A DNA stretch of 61,620 nucleotides, counting the filler, from Actinomycetales bacterium (GTDB lineage: Bacteria > Actinomycetota > Actinomycetes > Actinomycetales > CAVURS01), in the NCBI GenBank assembly GCA_045807245.1. It is 4 parts of 4 records of this genome, joined end to end, with 100 filler letters (N's around TTAATTAATTAA, not from the genome) between each part and the next. Parts side by side here need not be neighbours in the genome. Positions count along the whole stretch, not along the records: positions 38,307 to 51,043 come from JBJMHS010000079.1; 3 more parts are not named here. One strand, written 5' to 3'. Below are positions 39,716 to 48,579 of the stretch, one piece after another. The position numbers and the translations under genes were made by a program. The notes beneath the pieces were generated by a model. That model was not told where the DNA came from, did no database searches, and worked only from the letters and a program-made list of their open reading frames with translations. How positions within the stretch are numbered: position 1 is the first letter of the stretch; each line of letters begins with the position of its first letter.

Positions 39716-41574
39716 CCGATCGGGTGGTTCGCGGCGAGCAGACCGCCGGGGTCCGCCAGGTCGCGCACCGCACGGAGCCGGTTCAGCCGCGGTCTGGGAT
39801 AGAGGCGCCCCGGCTCGACCGGCCGCTCGCGGAAGTTCAGGTAGTCCACGGCCGAGGCCCACGGTTGGAGCTCGGCCACCAGGGCGTCGACCTGGGCTTG
39901 CACGGTCGCGGCGACCTCGGGCGCCGGTGCGATGCCGACGGCGAAGAGCAGGAACCGTCCGGGCAGGTGGTCGACGGCGCCGCCCCCCGGGTCCGGGCGT
40001 CCGAGGGCGCCACCGAGATGCCGGAGGTCGACGGCCAGCAGGGCGGTGTCCGCATCCGGTCCGGCGTGTTTGACGAGGACGTCGATCGTCTCTGGAGTCA
40101 GCTCGGCGAGCGACAGTCCGTCGCCCACAGCAGGCACCGGCTGCGGCGGGTCCATGTGGATCACCGACAGCTGGCTCGTCGGCATGCGGGCGAACGAGTC
40201 GATCGCCGGCCCCAGCCCACGCAACGGCGCCAGCAGCGCCGCGGCCTCCGCGTCCGTCCCGTCGACCGCACCGTCGATCATCACGAAAGCGTTGCCGCGC
40301 AACGGTTCCGGGATGTCCGGCAGGGGCGGGACGCGCAACAGCCGGATACACGTCGTGGCCGCTTCATCGAGGCCCCGGGTCCACTCCTCGTACGCCGAGA
40401 GAATCTCGGAGCCCCGGGTGAGCGGGAAGAGCAGCGCGCCGGCGTACACGTCAGCGACCGGGTAGACGTCCAGCTCGAGGGCGCAGACCACACCCACGTT
40501 GGCGCCGCCACCCCGCACGGCCCAGAACAGGTCGGGCTCGTTCTCCGCGTCCACGCGGTGGAACGCGCCGTCACCCGTCACCAGCTCGACGGCGCGGACC
40601 GACGAGGCGGCCAGACCGTAGCGCCGGCCCAGCCAGCTGTACCCCCCACCGAGTGTGTAGCCGGCGACGCCGACGTCTGGCGACGACCCGGCCAGCGCGG
40701 CCAGGCCGTGCGGCGCCAGGGCCGCGGCCACGTCGGCCCAGATGACGCCGGCCCCGACCCGGACCATGCCCTGCTCGGCGTCCACATCGATGGCGTCCAG
40801 GCGACCGGTCCGCAGCAGGATGGCGTCGGACAGGTCGCCCAGCGGCGCGGCGTTGTGCCCGGTGCCCTGCGGAGCGACGCGCAGGTCGTTCTCCCCGGCG
40901 TGGCGCACGACGGCCTGGACGTCGAACGCGTCGGCGACCTCCACGACCAGCGCCGGGCGCTGGTCGACGGCCAGGTTCCAGGCCTGCCGCGCGGTGTCCC
41001 AGTCCTCGTCTCCCGGTCGGACGACTCGACCCCGCACCTGGCTCGCCAGCGCGTGCAGGCTCTCCTGGCCATGGCCCAGGTCGCCCGGCGACATGGGCGT
41101 TATCCGGTGCTGGAGGCAGGTCACGGTGTAGGTGAGGGTTGCCGAGCAACGGCTGTCGAGCAGGACCAGCACATCCTCGATCGCCACCCGGTCGGGCACG
41201 TCGACCGACAGCATCGCGTGGTCGGCGCTGGTTCGGGTGCGGCAGCCGAGGTCCTCGCTGAGCGCACGTGGTTCGTCCAGCTCGTCGCGGGCGCTGGCGG
41301 CGACGCGGATCGTCGAGTGGCGACCTCGGCTGACGACGGGACCGGCCTCGCCCGGGCCGGAGACGCTCATCACATCGCCGGCGCTGACTCCGTCGGCGAA
41401 CACCGGCACGTCGAGCAACCGGACCAGGCCCTCGCGGACGACTTCGGCGGCGAGCACCTCGGTCGGCTCCGGCGGCCAGCCGTCGTCGACCGGCAGGTGG
41501 AACCGCACGACGGTAGGTCCGGCGGACACGCCGGAGTCCTCGGCCTCGGCCGGCCGGGCCGGGGTCGCGCTCAT
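39712..41574 (-). CDS. DUF4265-like domain fused to an FAD-binding (BBE/VAO-type) oxidoreductase
   Basis: AAGGGAG RBS; N-terminal WPP..E.L.A...LLDVPVFA.GVS.GD...HSTIRV...VDVP; then RPALVV, QGTGH, GYTLGGG, DLFWAVRGGG and YLNF. Confidence 0.75.
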   Translation of the reverse strand: MSATPARPAEAEDSGVSAGPTVVRFHLPVDDGWPPEPTEVLAAEVVREGLVRLLDVPVFADGVSAGDVMSVSGPGEAGPVVSRGRHSTIRVAASARDELDEPRALSEDLGCRTRTSADHAMLSVDVPDRVAIEDVLVLLDSRCSATLTYTVTCLQHRITPMSPGDLGHGQESLHALASQVRGRVVRPGDEDWDTARQAWNLAVDQRPALVVEVADAFDVQAVVRHAGENDLRVAPQGTGHNAAPLGDLSDAILLRTGRLDAIDVDAEQGMVRVGAGVIWADVAAALAPHGLAALAGSSPDVGVAGYTLGGGYSWLGRRYGLAASSVRAVELVTGDGAFHRVDAENEPDLFWAVRGGGANVGVVCALELDVYPVADVYAGALLFPLTRGSEILSAYEEWTRGLDEAATTCIRLLRVPPLPDIPEPLRGNAFVMIDGAVDGTDAEAAALLAPLRGLGPAIDSFARMPTSQLSVIHMDPPQPVPAVGDGLSLAELTPETIDVLVKHAGPDADTALLAVDLRHLGGALGRPDPGGGAVDHLPGRFLLFAVGIAPAPEVAATVQAQVDALVAELQPWASAVDYLNFRERPVEPGRLYPRPRLNRLRAVRDLADPGGLLAANHPIG

Positions 41575-41704
41575 GATGGGGCTCCCTTGGTCGATGCCTT
41601 CGATGCCCCCCGAGCTGTGACTGCGTTTGTAGCGGTGAGGCGCACGGGCGTTCAAGAGAGTTTGGGCTCTGGCTTGAGAGATCGGAGCGCATTCGGCCCG
41701 AATA

Positions 41705-42667
41705 TCACCGTGCGTGCAGATGACCCGACAGCTCGGTGACGATCTCGGCCAGGGCCTGGCGCGCGCCACGCACGACACCGGGAATGGAGATATAGCCGTG
41801 CGGTGCGCCCGCGTACTCGGTGTACCGGACCTGAGTGCCGGCGGCCTCCAGCGCCGCGGCGTACCGGGACGCGTCGTCGCGCAACGGGTCGAGGGCCGCC
41901 GACTGGACCAGGGCCGGAGCCAGGCCGGACAGGTCGTCCGCGAGAAGTGGAGAGATCCGTACGTCGCGTTCGTCCCCGCCCGGACCGAGGTACATCTCCC
42001 GGTAGGCCCGGACGCTGGCCAGGGTGAGGACCGGTCCGCCGGCGCGCTCCTGCAGCGACGGCGAGGACAGCGTCGCATCGGTGCCCGGGTAGATCAGGAC
42101 CTGGTGAGCGATCGGCGGGCCGCCGCGGTCGCGGGCCAGCAGTGCGACGACAGCGGCCAGGTTGCCGCCGGCACTATCGCCACAGACCGCCAGGCGCGAG
42201 CCGTCCGCGCCGAGGTCGCCGGCCTGGGCCGCCAGCCAGACCGTCGCGGCGTAGCAGTCCTCGGCGGCCGTCGGCATGCGGTGCTCCGGCGCGAGGCGGT
42301 AGTCCACGGAGACCACGACGGCGTCCACCTGCCGCGCGACGTGCGCGCAGAACGGGTCGTAGCTGCGGACGTTGCCCCACACCCAGCCGCCGCCGTGGAA
42401 GAAGACGACCAGGGGCCGCGGCGTCGCCGCCGGCGCCGATGGCGTGTAGACGCGAGCGCCGACCTGGACCCTGTCGAGAGGGATCTCCCTCACGCTGATC
42501 CGGATGCCCCGGGGACGCGACCCGGTCACCAGGCTCGCCGGCCACCAGTGGGGGATGGGCTCGGCCCGGCGGGCCTGGATCTGCGCCAGCGGGACGTTCT
42601 CGACGCGCTCCCGACCGCTGCGGTCGAGGAGCCAGCAGAACAGGACCGTGCGCAGATCCGACTCCAC
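41705..42667 (-). CDS. Alpha/beta hydrolase (HSL-family esterase/lipase)
   Basis: HGGGW, DYRLAPEH, GDSAGG, DPLRD and HG motifs. Confidence 0.9.
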   Translation of the reverse strand: MESDLRTVLFCWLLDRSGRERVENVPLAQIQARRAEPIPHWWPASLVTGSRPRGIRISVREIPLDRVQVGARVYTPSAPAATPRPLVVFFHGGGWVWGNVRSYDPFCAHVARQVDAVVVSVDYRLAPEHRMPTAAEDCYAATVWLAAQAGDLGADGSRLAVCGDSAGGNLAAVVALLARDRGGPPIAHQVLIYPGTDATLSSPSLQERAGGPVLTLASVRAYREMYLGPGGDERDVRISPLLADDLSGLAPALVQSAALDPLRDDASRYAAALEAAGTQVRYTEYAGAPHGYISIPGVVRGARQALAEIVTELSGHLHAR

Positions 42668-42681
42668 CCGAGCCCTCCCGC

Positions 42682-43263
42682 TCAGACCGCGTCCGCGGCG
42701 TACCCGCGCTGGACGTACAGCTCGAAGCAGAACCGGCCGTCGGGGGCGAACGGCCAGTCCGGGTCGGCCAGCTGCTGCTGGAGTGCCCCCAGCTCCATCC
42801 ACCAGCCGTCGGCGACCTCGCTGGGCTGGTGCCGGATCGGGCCGTCGCGCTGCGCGTCGTACACGGTGTCGAAGACATGAGCGAGGTAGGTCGTACGGTC
42901 GTCGCGGTACCACTCGGTGAACAGCGGCCGCAGCGTCATTCCGGTCAGTCCGAGCTCCTCGGCCAGCTCGCGCACGGCGGCGTCGCCGGGGTCCTCGCCG
43001 GCCGCGACAACCCCGCCGGCCCAGACGTCGTGCGCGCCCGGGAACAGGTCCTTGGTGTCGGTGCGGCGGTGCACGTAGATCCGGCCGGCCCGGTCCCGGA
43101 CAGCGACCGACGTGGCCGCGTGGGGCAGGTTCTCGGCCCGCATCCGGGAGCGCGGCGCGTGTCCGATGGCTCGGCCGGACGGGTCGGTGGGGTCGTAGAG
43201 CGCGACCTCCTCCTCGGCCGGTCCGCCCGGCGGCGCAGGCGTCGTCGGGGAACGGTCCGGCAT
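42682..43263 (-). CDS. NUDIX hydrolase (IDI/YfcD-like)
   Basis: GGVVAAGE...AVRELAEELG Nudix box. Confidence 0.88.
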   Translation of the reverse strand: MPDRSPTTPAPPGGPAEEEVALYDPTDPSGRAIGHAPRSRMRAENLPHAATSVAVRDRAGRIYVHRRTDTKDLFPGAHDVWAGGVVAAGEDPGDAAVRELAEELGLTGMTLRPLFTEWYRDDRTTYLAHVFDTVYDAQRDGPIRHQPSEVADGWWMELGALQQQLADPDWPFAPDGRFCFELYVQRGYAADAV

Positions 43264-43306
43264 GGGGCTCACTCTGGCACGGGCCCAACGCCCGTAGTCT
43301 CATGCG

Positions 43307-44815
43307 GTGAGCGTGCGGCGGGTCATGGGGCTGGAGACGGAGTACGGCGTCACCCAGCCCGGCGACCCGACAGCCAACGCGATGGTGATGAGCGGGCAGG
43401 TGGTCAACGCCTATGCCCAGCCGCTGGGCCATCGGGTCGGCAAGGCCCGGTGGGACTACGAGGACGAGGCGCCGCTGCGGGATGCGCGGGGCTTCGAGAT
43501 CAACCGCGACATGGCCGACCCGAGCCAGCTGACGGACACGGAAGACCCGACCCTGGCCAACGTCATCCTCACCAATGGCGCCCGGCTGTACGTCGACCAC
43601 GCCCACCCGGAGTACTCCTCACCCGAGGTGACCAGCCCGCGGGACATCGTGCGGTGGGACAAGGCGGGGGAGCGGATCATGCTCGCGGCGGTACGCCGGC
43701 TGGCGGACGCGCCGGGGATGGCGCCGCTGAACCTGTACAAGAACAACACCGACGGCAAGGGCGCGTCGTACGGGACGCACGAGAACTACCTGATGCGGCG
43801 CTCGACGCCGTTCGCGGACATCGCCCGGCACCTGACGCCGTTCTTCGTGACCCGGCAGGTCTTCTCGGGCGCGGGCCGGGTGGGGATCGGCCAGGACAGC
43901 CACGGCGACGGGTTCCAGATCAGCCAGCGGTCGGACTTCTTCGAGGTCGAGGTCGGCCTGGAGACGACCTTGAAGCGGCCGATCATCAACACCCGCGACG
44001 AGCCGCACGCGTCCGCGGACCGGTACCGCCGGCTGCACGTGATCATCGGCGACGCCACGCTCTGCGAGGTCTCGACGATGCTGAAGGTCGGGACGACGTC
44101 GTTGGTGCTGGGCATGATCGAGGACCGCACGCTGACCCGGGACCTGGCGCTGGAGAAGCCCATCCCGACCCTGCACGCCATCTCGCACGACCCGAGCCTG
44201 AAGGCGCTGCTGCGGTTGCGCGACGGCACCAAGATGACGGCGATCGAGGTGCAGTGGGCATACCTGGAGCAGGCCCAGGCGTACGTCGGCGCGCAAGGTG
44301 AGGTGGACGAGGACACCCGCGAGGTGCTCGAGCGCTGGGGGTCGGTGCTGACCAAGCTCGAGCGCGACCCGATGGAGTGTGCGCGCGAGCTGGACTGGGT
44401 GGCCAAGCTGCAGCTGCTCGAGGGGTTCCGCGACCGGGAGCACCTGGACTGGGACTCGCCCCGGCTGGGCCTGATCGACATCCAGTGGTCCGACGTGCGG
44501 CCGGAGCGCGGGCTGTACCACCGCCTGGCCGAGCGCGGGCGGGTGGAACGGCTGCTCACCGACGAGGAGATCGAACGTGCGGTGGAGGAGCCGCCGGAGG
44601 ATACCCGGGCCTACTTCCGCGGGCGCTGCCTGGCCCAGTTCGGTGACAGCGTCGCGGCGGCGTCCTGGGACTCGGTGATCTTCGACCTGCCCGGCCGCGA
44701 CTCGCTGCAGCGGGTGCCGATGTTGGAGCCGCTGCGCGGCACCAAGGCGCACGTCGGGGACCTGATGGACCGCTGCGAGACCGCCGACCAGCTGCTCGAC
44801 GCGCTCGCCGGTTGA
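43307..44815 (+). CDS. dop: Pup deamidase/depupylase Dop
   Basis: MGLETEYG, WDYEDEAPLRDARG loop, NGARLYVDHAHPEYS, HENY and RRLHVIIGD motifs. Confidence 0.96.
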   Translation: MSVRRVMGLETEYGVTQPGDPTANAMVMSGQVVNAYAQPLGHRVGKARWDYEDEAPLRDARGFEINRDMADPSQLTDTEDPTLANVILTNGARLYVDHAHPEYSSPEVTSPRDIVRWDKAGERIMLAAVRRLADAPGMAPLNLYKNNTDGKGASYGTHENYLMRRSTPFADIARHLTPFFVTRQVFSGAGRVGIGQDSHGDGFQISQRSDFFEVEVGLETTLKRPIINTRDEPHASADRYRRLHVIIGDATLCEVSTMLKVGTTSLVLGMIEDRTLTRDLALEKPIPTLHAISHDPSLKALLRLRDGTKMTAIEVQWAYLEQAQAYVGAQGEVDEDTREVLERWGSVLTKLERDPMECARELDWVAKLQLLEGFRDREHLDWDSPRLGLIDIQWSDVRPERGLYHRLAERGRVERLLTDEEIERAVEEPPEDTRAYFRGRCLAQFGDSVAAASWDSVIFDLPGRDSLQRVPMLEPLRGTKAHVGDLMDRCETADQLLDALAG

Positions 44816-44890
44816 GCGGAGCTCTCGTCCCGGTGTGGGCGGTGCCGTCTAGGCTGGTGCAAACCGCAGTCGAGCACAGCGGAGGCAGTG

Positions 44891-45094
44891 ATGGCAGGCC
44901 AGGAGCACAAGAGCCCGCAGCGGCGTGACGACGAGGCCGACGAGGCCCCGCCGCCCGAGGCCGCTCCGGAGACCGCTGCCCGCAAGGAAGCGCTCGACGA
45001 AGACATCGACTCCATGCTCGACGAGATCGACGACGTGCTCGAGACCAATGCGGAGGATTTCGTGCGTGGTTTTGTACAAAAAGGAGGGGAATGA
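44891..45094 (+). CDS. pup: Prokaryotic ubiquitin-like protein Pup (GGE terminus)
   Basis: LDEIDDVLETNAEDFVRGFVQKGGE; GGAGG RBS; TAGGCT -10 at 44850. Confidence 0.97.
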   Translation: MAGQEHKSPQRRDDEADEAPPPEAAPETAARKEALDEDIDSMLDEIDDVLETNAEDFVRGFVQKGGE

Positions 45095-45133
45095 GAAACA
45101 CTCTCTGAAATTGATGCAGGGGGCTGTTGAGAA

Positions 45134-45733
45134 ATGCTGCAAGCAAAACGCTGTCCGAAATGCCGTCAGACTAAACCTATCGTCGATTTCGGTCGCAATG
45201 CATCCCGACCTGACGGTACCGCGTACTACTGCAAGTCCTGTTTCCAGGCGATATCGCGTGGTAGTTATCGCAGGCGACAAGCGCAGCGAGGCAAGGTAGT
45301 CCGCGACCCGAGACCGCCCGCGCCGGCGGGCATGAAGTGGTGCAATGATTGCGAGGGCTACCAGCCGCTGGCCGAGTTTCCCCGGAATGGGGCTCGTTTC
45401 GATGGATTCATGACCTACTGCAAGATTCATCATAATCTACGGGTTAATGAATCACGCGATCAAGTGCACAGGAGTAGTCGGCATTATCACCTTGTCCGCC
45501 GATACGGAATCGGGGCGGCGGACGTCGAAGCGATGATCACGCGCCAGGGCAGGATGTGCTTGATCTGCCTTCGACCGCTTGGGGATAAGCCGCACGTGGA
45601 TCACTGCCACGAAACCGGTGAGGTCCGCGGTGTGCTCTGCTTCAACTGCAACGGCGGCTTGGGGCAGTTCCGCGACGACAAGGAACTGCTGCTGCGGGCG
45701 GTGCGCTACTTGGACGGGACGTTGGCCTCGTAG
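45134..45733 (+). CDS. Zn-finger repeat plus endonuclease VII (HNH/beta-beta-alpha-Me) protein, putative free-standing homing endonuclease
   Basis: Two CxxC..F.RN..R.DG...YCKx(C/H) repeats, then RRYGI...Q...CLIC...HVDHCH.TG.VRG.LCFNCN.GLG; low GC. Confidence 0.88.
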   Translation: MLQAKRCPKCRQTKPIVDFGRNASRPDGTAYYCKSCFQAISRGSYRRRQAQRGKVVRDPRPPAPAGMKWCNDCEGYQPLAEFPRNGARFDGFMTYCKIHHNLRVNESRDQVHRSSRHYHLVRRYGIGAADVEAMITRQGRMCLICLRPLGDKPHVDHCHETGEVRGVLCFNCNGGLGQFRDDKELLLRAVRYLDGTLAS

Positions 45734-45767
45734 CGGTGTCGTGGGTCGTTGGCCGTGTGCCGATGGG

Positions 45768-45773
45768 TAGGGT
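45768..45773 (+). promoter_or_regulatory. Leaderless -10 element for prcB
   Basis: TAGGGT 6 nt before the GTG start, no SD; same geometry as dop (TAGTCT) and pafA (TAGGGT). Confidence 0.65.
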
Positions 45774-45779
45774 CTGAGC

Positions 45780-46646
45780 GTGACTGACCAGGGTGCGGAG
45801 GCGGGCCGGCTCCCGCGGGCGTTCCTGGCGCCAGGGTCCAGCTCGTTCAGCGAGTTCCTGTCGTCGCATTCGCCCCAGTTGTTGCCGTCCCGCCGTACGC
45901 TGCCGCCCGGCGTCATGCCGGACGCGCCGCACGGCACCACGATCGTGACCGTGACCTACACCGGCGGCGTCGTCATGGCCGGCGACCGGCGCGCCACCAT
46001 GGGCAACCTCATCGCCAACCGGGAGATCGAGAAGGTCTTCGCCGCTGATGAGTACTCCGCGGTGGGCATCGCCGGCACGGCCGGCCTGGCGGTCGAGCTG
46101 GTCAAGCTGTTCCAGGTCGAGCTTGAGCACTACGAGAAGATCGAGGGCGCCTTGATGTCCCTCGAGGGCAAGGCGAACCGGCTGGCCACGATGATCCGCG
46201 GCAACCTCGGCCTGGCCATGCAGGGGCTGGCCGTCGTACCGCTGTTCGCCGGCTACGACCCCGACGAGGACCGCGGCCGGATCTTCTCCTACGACGTGAC
46301 CGGCGGCTGCTACGAGGAGCGCGACCACCACGGCGTCGGCTCCGGATCCCTGTTCGCCCGGGGCTCGCTCAAGAAGCTGTGGCGACCCGGCTTGGATGCG
46401 CAAGGTGCGGTGAGGGTCGCCCTCGAGGCCCTGTACGACGCAGCCGACGACGACTCCGCCACGGGCGGCCCCGATCTCGGTCGCCGCATCTTCCCCGTCG
46501 TGGCCACCGTCGACTCCGACGGCTTCCGCCGGGTCGACTCGGAGGCGCTCACCGCCCTGGTCGAGGCCATGCTGGCCAGCCGGGAGGGCAACCCCGGAGG
46601 CAACCCGGGCTACACCGGCAACAGTGCGGGGGAGGCGACGTCATGA
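45780..46646 (+). CDS. prcB: 20S proteasome beta subunit
   Basis: Propeptide followed by HG|TTIV, AGDRRAT and GSGS motifs. Confidence 0.97.
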   Translation: MTDQGAEAGRLPRAFLAPGSSSFSEFLSSHSPQLLPSRRTLPPGVMPDAPHGTTIVTVTYTGGVVMAGDRRATMGNLIANREIEKVFAADEYSAVGIAGTAGLAVELVKLFQVELEHYEKIEGALMSLEGKANRLATMIRGNLGLAMQGLAVVPLFAGYDPDEDRGRIFSYDVTGGCYEERDHHGVGSGSLFARGSLKKLWRPGLDAQGAVRVALEALYDAADDDSATGGPDLGRRIFPVVATVDSDGFRRVDSEALTALVEAMLASREGNPGGNPGYTGNSAGEATS

Positions 46647-47404
46647 CCATGCCGTTCTACGTCTCGCCCGAGCAGCTGATGAAGGATCGGGCCGACTACG
46701 CGCGCAAGGGCATCGCCCGCGGCCGGTCCGTCGTCGTGCTCAGCTACGACCACGGGATCTGCTTCGTGGCCGAGAACCCGTCCCGCGCGCTGCACAAGGT
46801 GAGCGAGATCTACGACCGCATCGCCTTCGCCGCCGTCGGCAAGTACAACGAGTTCGAGAACCTGCGGGTCGCCGGTGTCCGCTACGCCGACCTGCGTGGC
46901 TACTCCTACGACCGCAGCGACGTGACCGCGCGCGGCCTGGCCAATGCCTATGCCCAGACGCTCGGCACGATCTTCACCCAGGAGTCCAAGCCGTACGAGG
47001 TGGAGATCGTCGTCGCCGAGGTGGCCAGCCGTGCGGAGGACGACCAGATCTACCGGCTCACCTACGACGGGTCGGTCGCCGACGAGCACGGCTTCGTGGC
47101 GATGGGTGGTCAGGCCGAGCAGATCAGCAACGGCCTGACCGAGCGCTGGGAGGCCGGGCAGCCACTGAGCGAGGTGCTCCAGCTCGCCGTGTCCCTGCTC
47201 GCTCAGGACCCCGCGGGCGGCGAGGCGCGCACGCTCGGCGCCGAGCAGCTCGAGGTCGCCGTGCTCGACCGCCAGCGCGACCGGCGCAAGTTCCGGCGGA
47301 TCACCGGCGGCCTCCTGGAGCGGTTGATCAGCCCGACCGACCCCACCCACGACGCGCCGGCCGAGGACGAGCCGCCGCCGCCGGAGCCCGCGACCCCCGC
47401 CTGA
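46643..47404 (+). CDS. prcA: 20S proteasome alpha subunit
   Basis: [31 protein letters not shown] overlap with prcB. Confidence 0.97.
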   Translation: MTMPFYVSPEQLMKDRADYARKGIARGRSVVVLSYDHGICFVAENPSRALHKVSEIYDRIAFAAVGKYNEFENLRVAGVRYADLRGYSYDRSDVTARGLANAYAQTLGTIFTQESKPYEVEIVVAEVASRAEDDQIYRLTYDGSVADEHGFVAMGGQAEQISNGLTERWEAGQPLSEVLQLAVSLLAQDPAGGEARTLGAEQLEVAVLDRQRDRRKFRRITGGLLERLISPTDPTHDAPAEDEPPPPEPATPA

Positions 47405-47462
47405 CCGCCGGGACTCCCCGCTCCTGCCGGCGGGTCGGCCCACGCGGCTCGGCGCGCGCGGC

Positions 47463-48485
47463 TCAGCGGGCGGACCAGGCCGCGAGGAGCTCGCGCTCCC
47501 GTTCAGGACTCAGTCCGGCCTTGCGGGTGCGGTCGAGTCCGAGCTCCTGCTCCCAGGGCAACGTGTCGGCCAGCGTCTGCCGCAGTGGGCGGGTGGTCAG
47601 CCCGGCTCCGTTGACGGCCGCGGTGTCGCGTGAGCTGAAGCCGGCCCAGTCCGGGTCATGCAGCCACAGCGCCAGCGACTCCGGGCCCATGTACTCCTCG
47701 ACCTTCTGTGCCGCCAGCCAGTCGGGGTCGACGCGCTCGACCGGGCCGTCGTAGCCGGCGATCTCCCGCGACATCTCGACCACCTCGCCGAACCGCACGA
47801 CGTCTCCGCTCGCGTTGTAGATGCCGGTCGTGCCGGACTTCGCGCACCGCACGACCCACCCGGCCAGGTCGCGTACGTCGATCGCCTGGACCGGGTTGTC
47901 CGGCGCGTCCGGCACCAGGACCGGAGCGGCGGAGCCACGGCCGTCGGACGCGGATTCCCTTGCGGCGCGGGCGAAGCGGGCGACCCAGGCCCCGGCGCGG
48001 TCACTGCCGTCCCCGGGCCCGGCGATGAGTCCGGCCCGTACGACGAGCAGCCGGTCGCCGAGGGCGTCCAGGCACACCTGTTCGCACCTGACCTTGGCCT
48101 CGCCGTACTCCTCGCGCGACGCAGTCTCGGAGTCGAGCGCCGGCAGCAGCTCGCCGCTCTCGTCCTGTCCGGGCGTCGACTGGTCGGCGTACACCGAGCA
48201 CGACGAGACGTAGGTCCAGTGCCGGGCCCGTCGGCCCAGAGCAGCCAGGGCCGACCGGACGAAGCCGGGCTGCCAGCTCACGTCCACGACGGCGTCCCAG
48301 TCCTGATCACGCACCTGGTCGTACGCCGCAGGGTCGGTGCGGTCGGCGATGACCAGCCGCGCGCCGTCGGCGACTTCGCCCGCCTCCCCGCGGGCCAGGC
48401 AGGTCACGTCGTGGCCACGGGCCAGCGCCTCAGTCGCGATTGTGCGGCCCAGCCAGGCGGTGCCGCCGAGGATCAGGATCTGCAT
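47463..48485 (-). CDS. NAD-dependent epimerase/dehydratase (atypical SDR)
   Basis: LGGTAWLG, YVSSCSVY, YGEAK and IDVRDLA motifs. Confidence 0.85.
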   Translation of the reverse strand: MQILILGGTAWLGRTIATEALARGHDVTCLARGEAGEVADGARLVIADRTDPAAYDQVRDQDWDAVVDVSWQPGFVRSALAALGRRARHWTYVSSCSVYADQSTPGQDESGELLPALDSETASREEYGEAKVRCEQVCLDALGDRLLVVRAGLIAGPGDGSDRAGAWVARFARAARESASDGRGSAAPVLVPDAPDNPVQAIDVRDLAGWVVRCAKSGTTGIYNASGDVVRFGEVVEMSREIAGYDGPVERVDPDWLAAQKVEEYMGPESLALWLHDPDWAGFSSRDTAAVNGAGLTTRPLRQTLADTLPWEQELGLDRTRKAGLSPERERELLAAWSAR

Positions 48486-48579
48486 GCCGGCCAGCACAAC
48501 GCAGCGACCCATCACCTGTCACGCCGACCGGGTCGGTGTTCGCCGACGGCGCACGACCCGCCGCTCGTCCAGGAAGGCC

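Larger units (their letters stand above)
45047..45779 (+). mobile_element. Putative intron-less homing-endonuclease cassette (recoded pup 3' end, nuclease gene, prcB promoter)
   Basis: GC drops inside pup (27/60 at 45061-45120 and 26/60 at 45421-45480, versus 47/60 at 44941-45000); boundaries are inferred. Confidence 0.55.

Noticed and set aside
45095..45130. Spacer read in the pup frame gives ETLSEIDAGGC*, faintly like the Pup LDEID...GG end; also possible Pup-nuclease read-through
   Set aside because: Too short to be significant, and two in-frame TGA stops make a fusion unlikely.
45095..45779. Group I intron or intein hosting the endonuclease
   Set aside because: pup is complete to GGE-stop, no second exon follows, the flanks (39 and 46 nt) are too short for a ribozyme core, and there are no intein splice motifs.
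45047..45779. IS element or prophage remnant
   Set aside because: No transposase or integrase, terminal inverted repeats, target-site duplication or other phage genes are visible.
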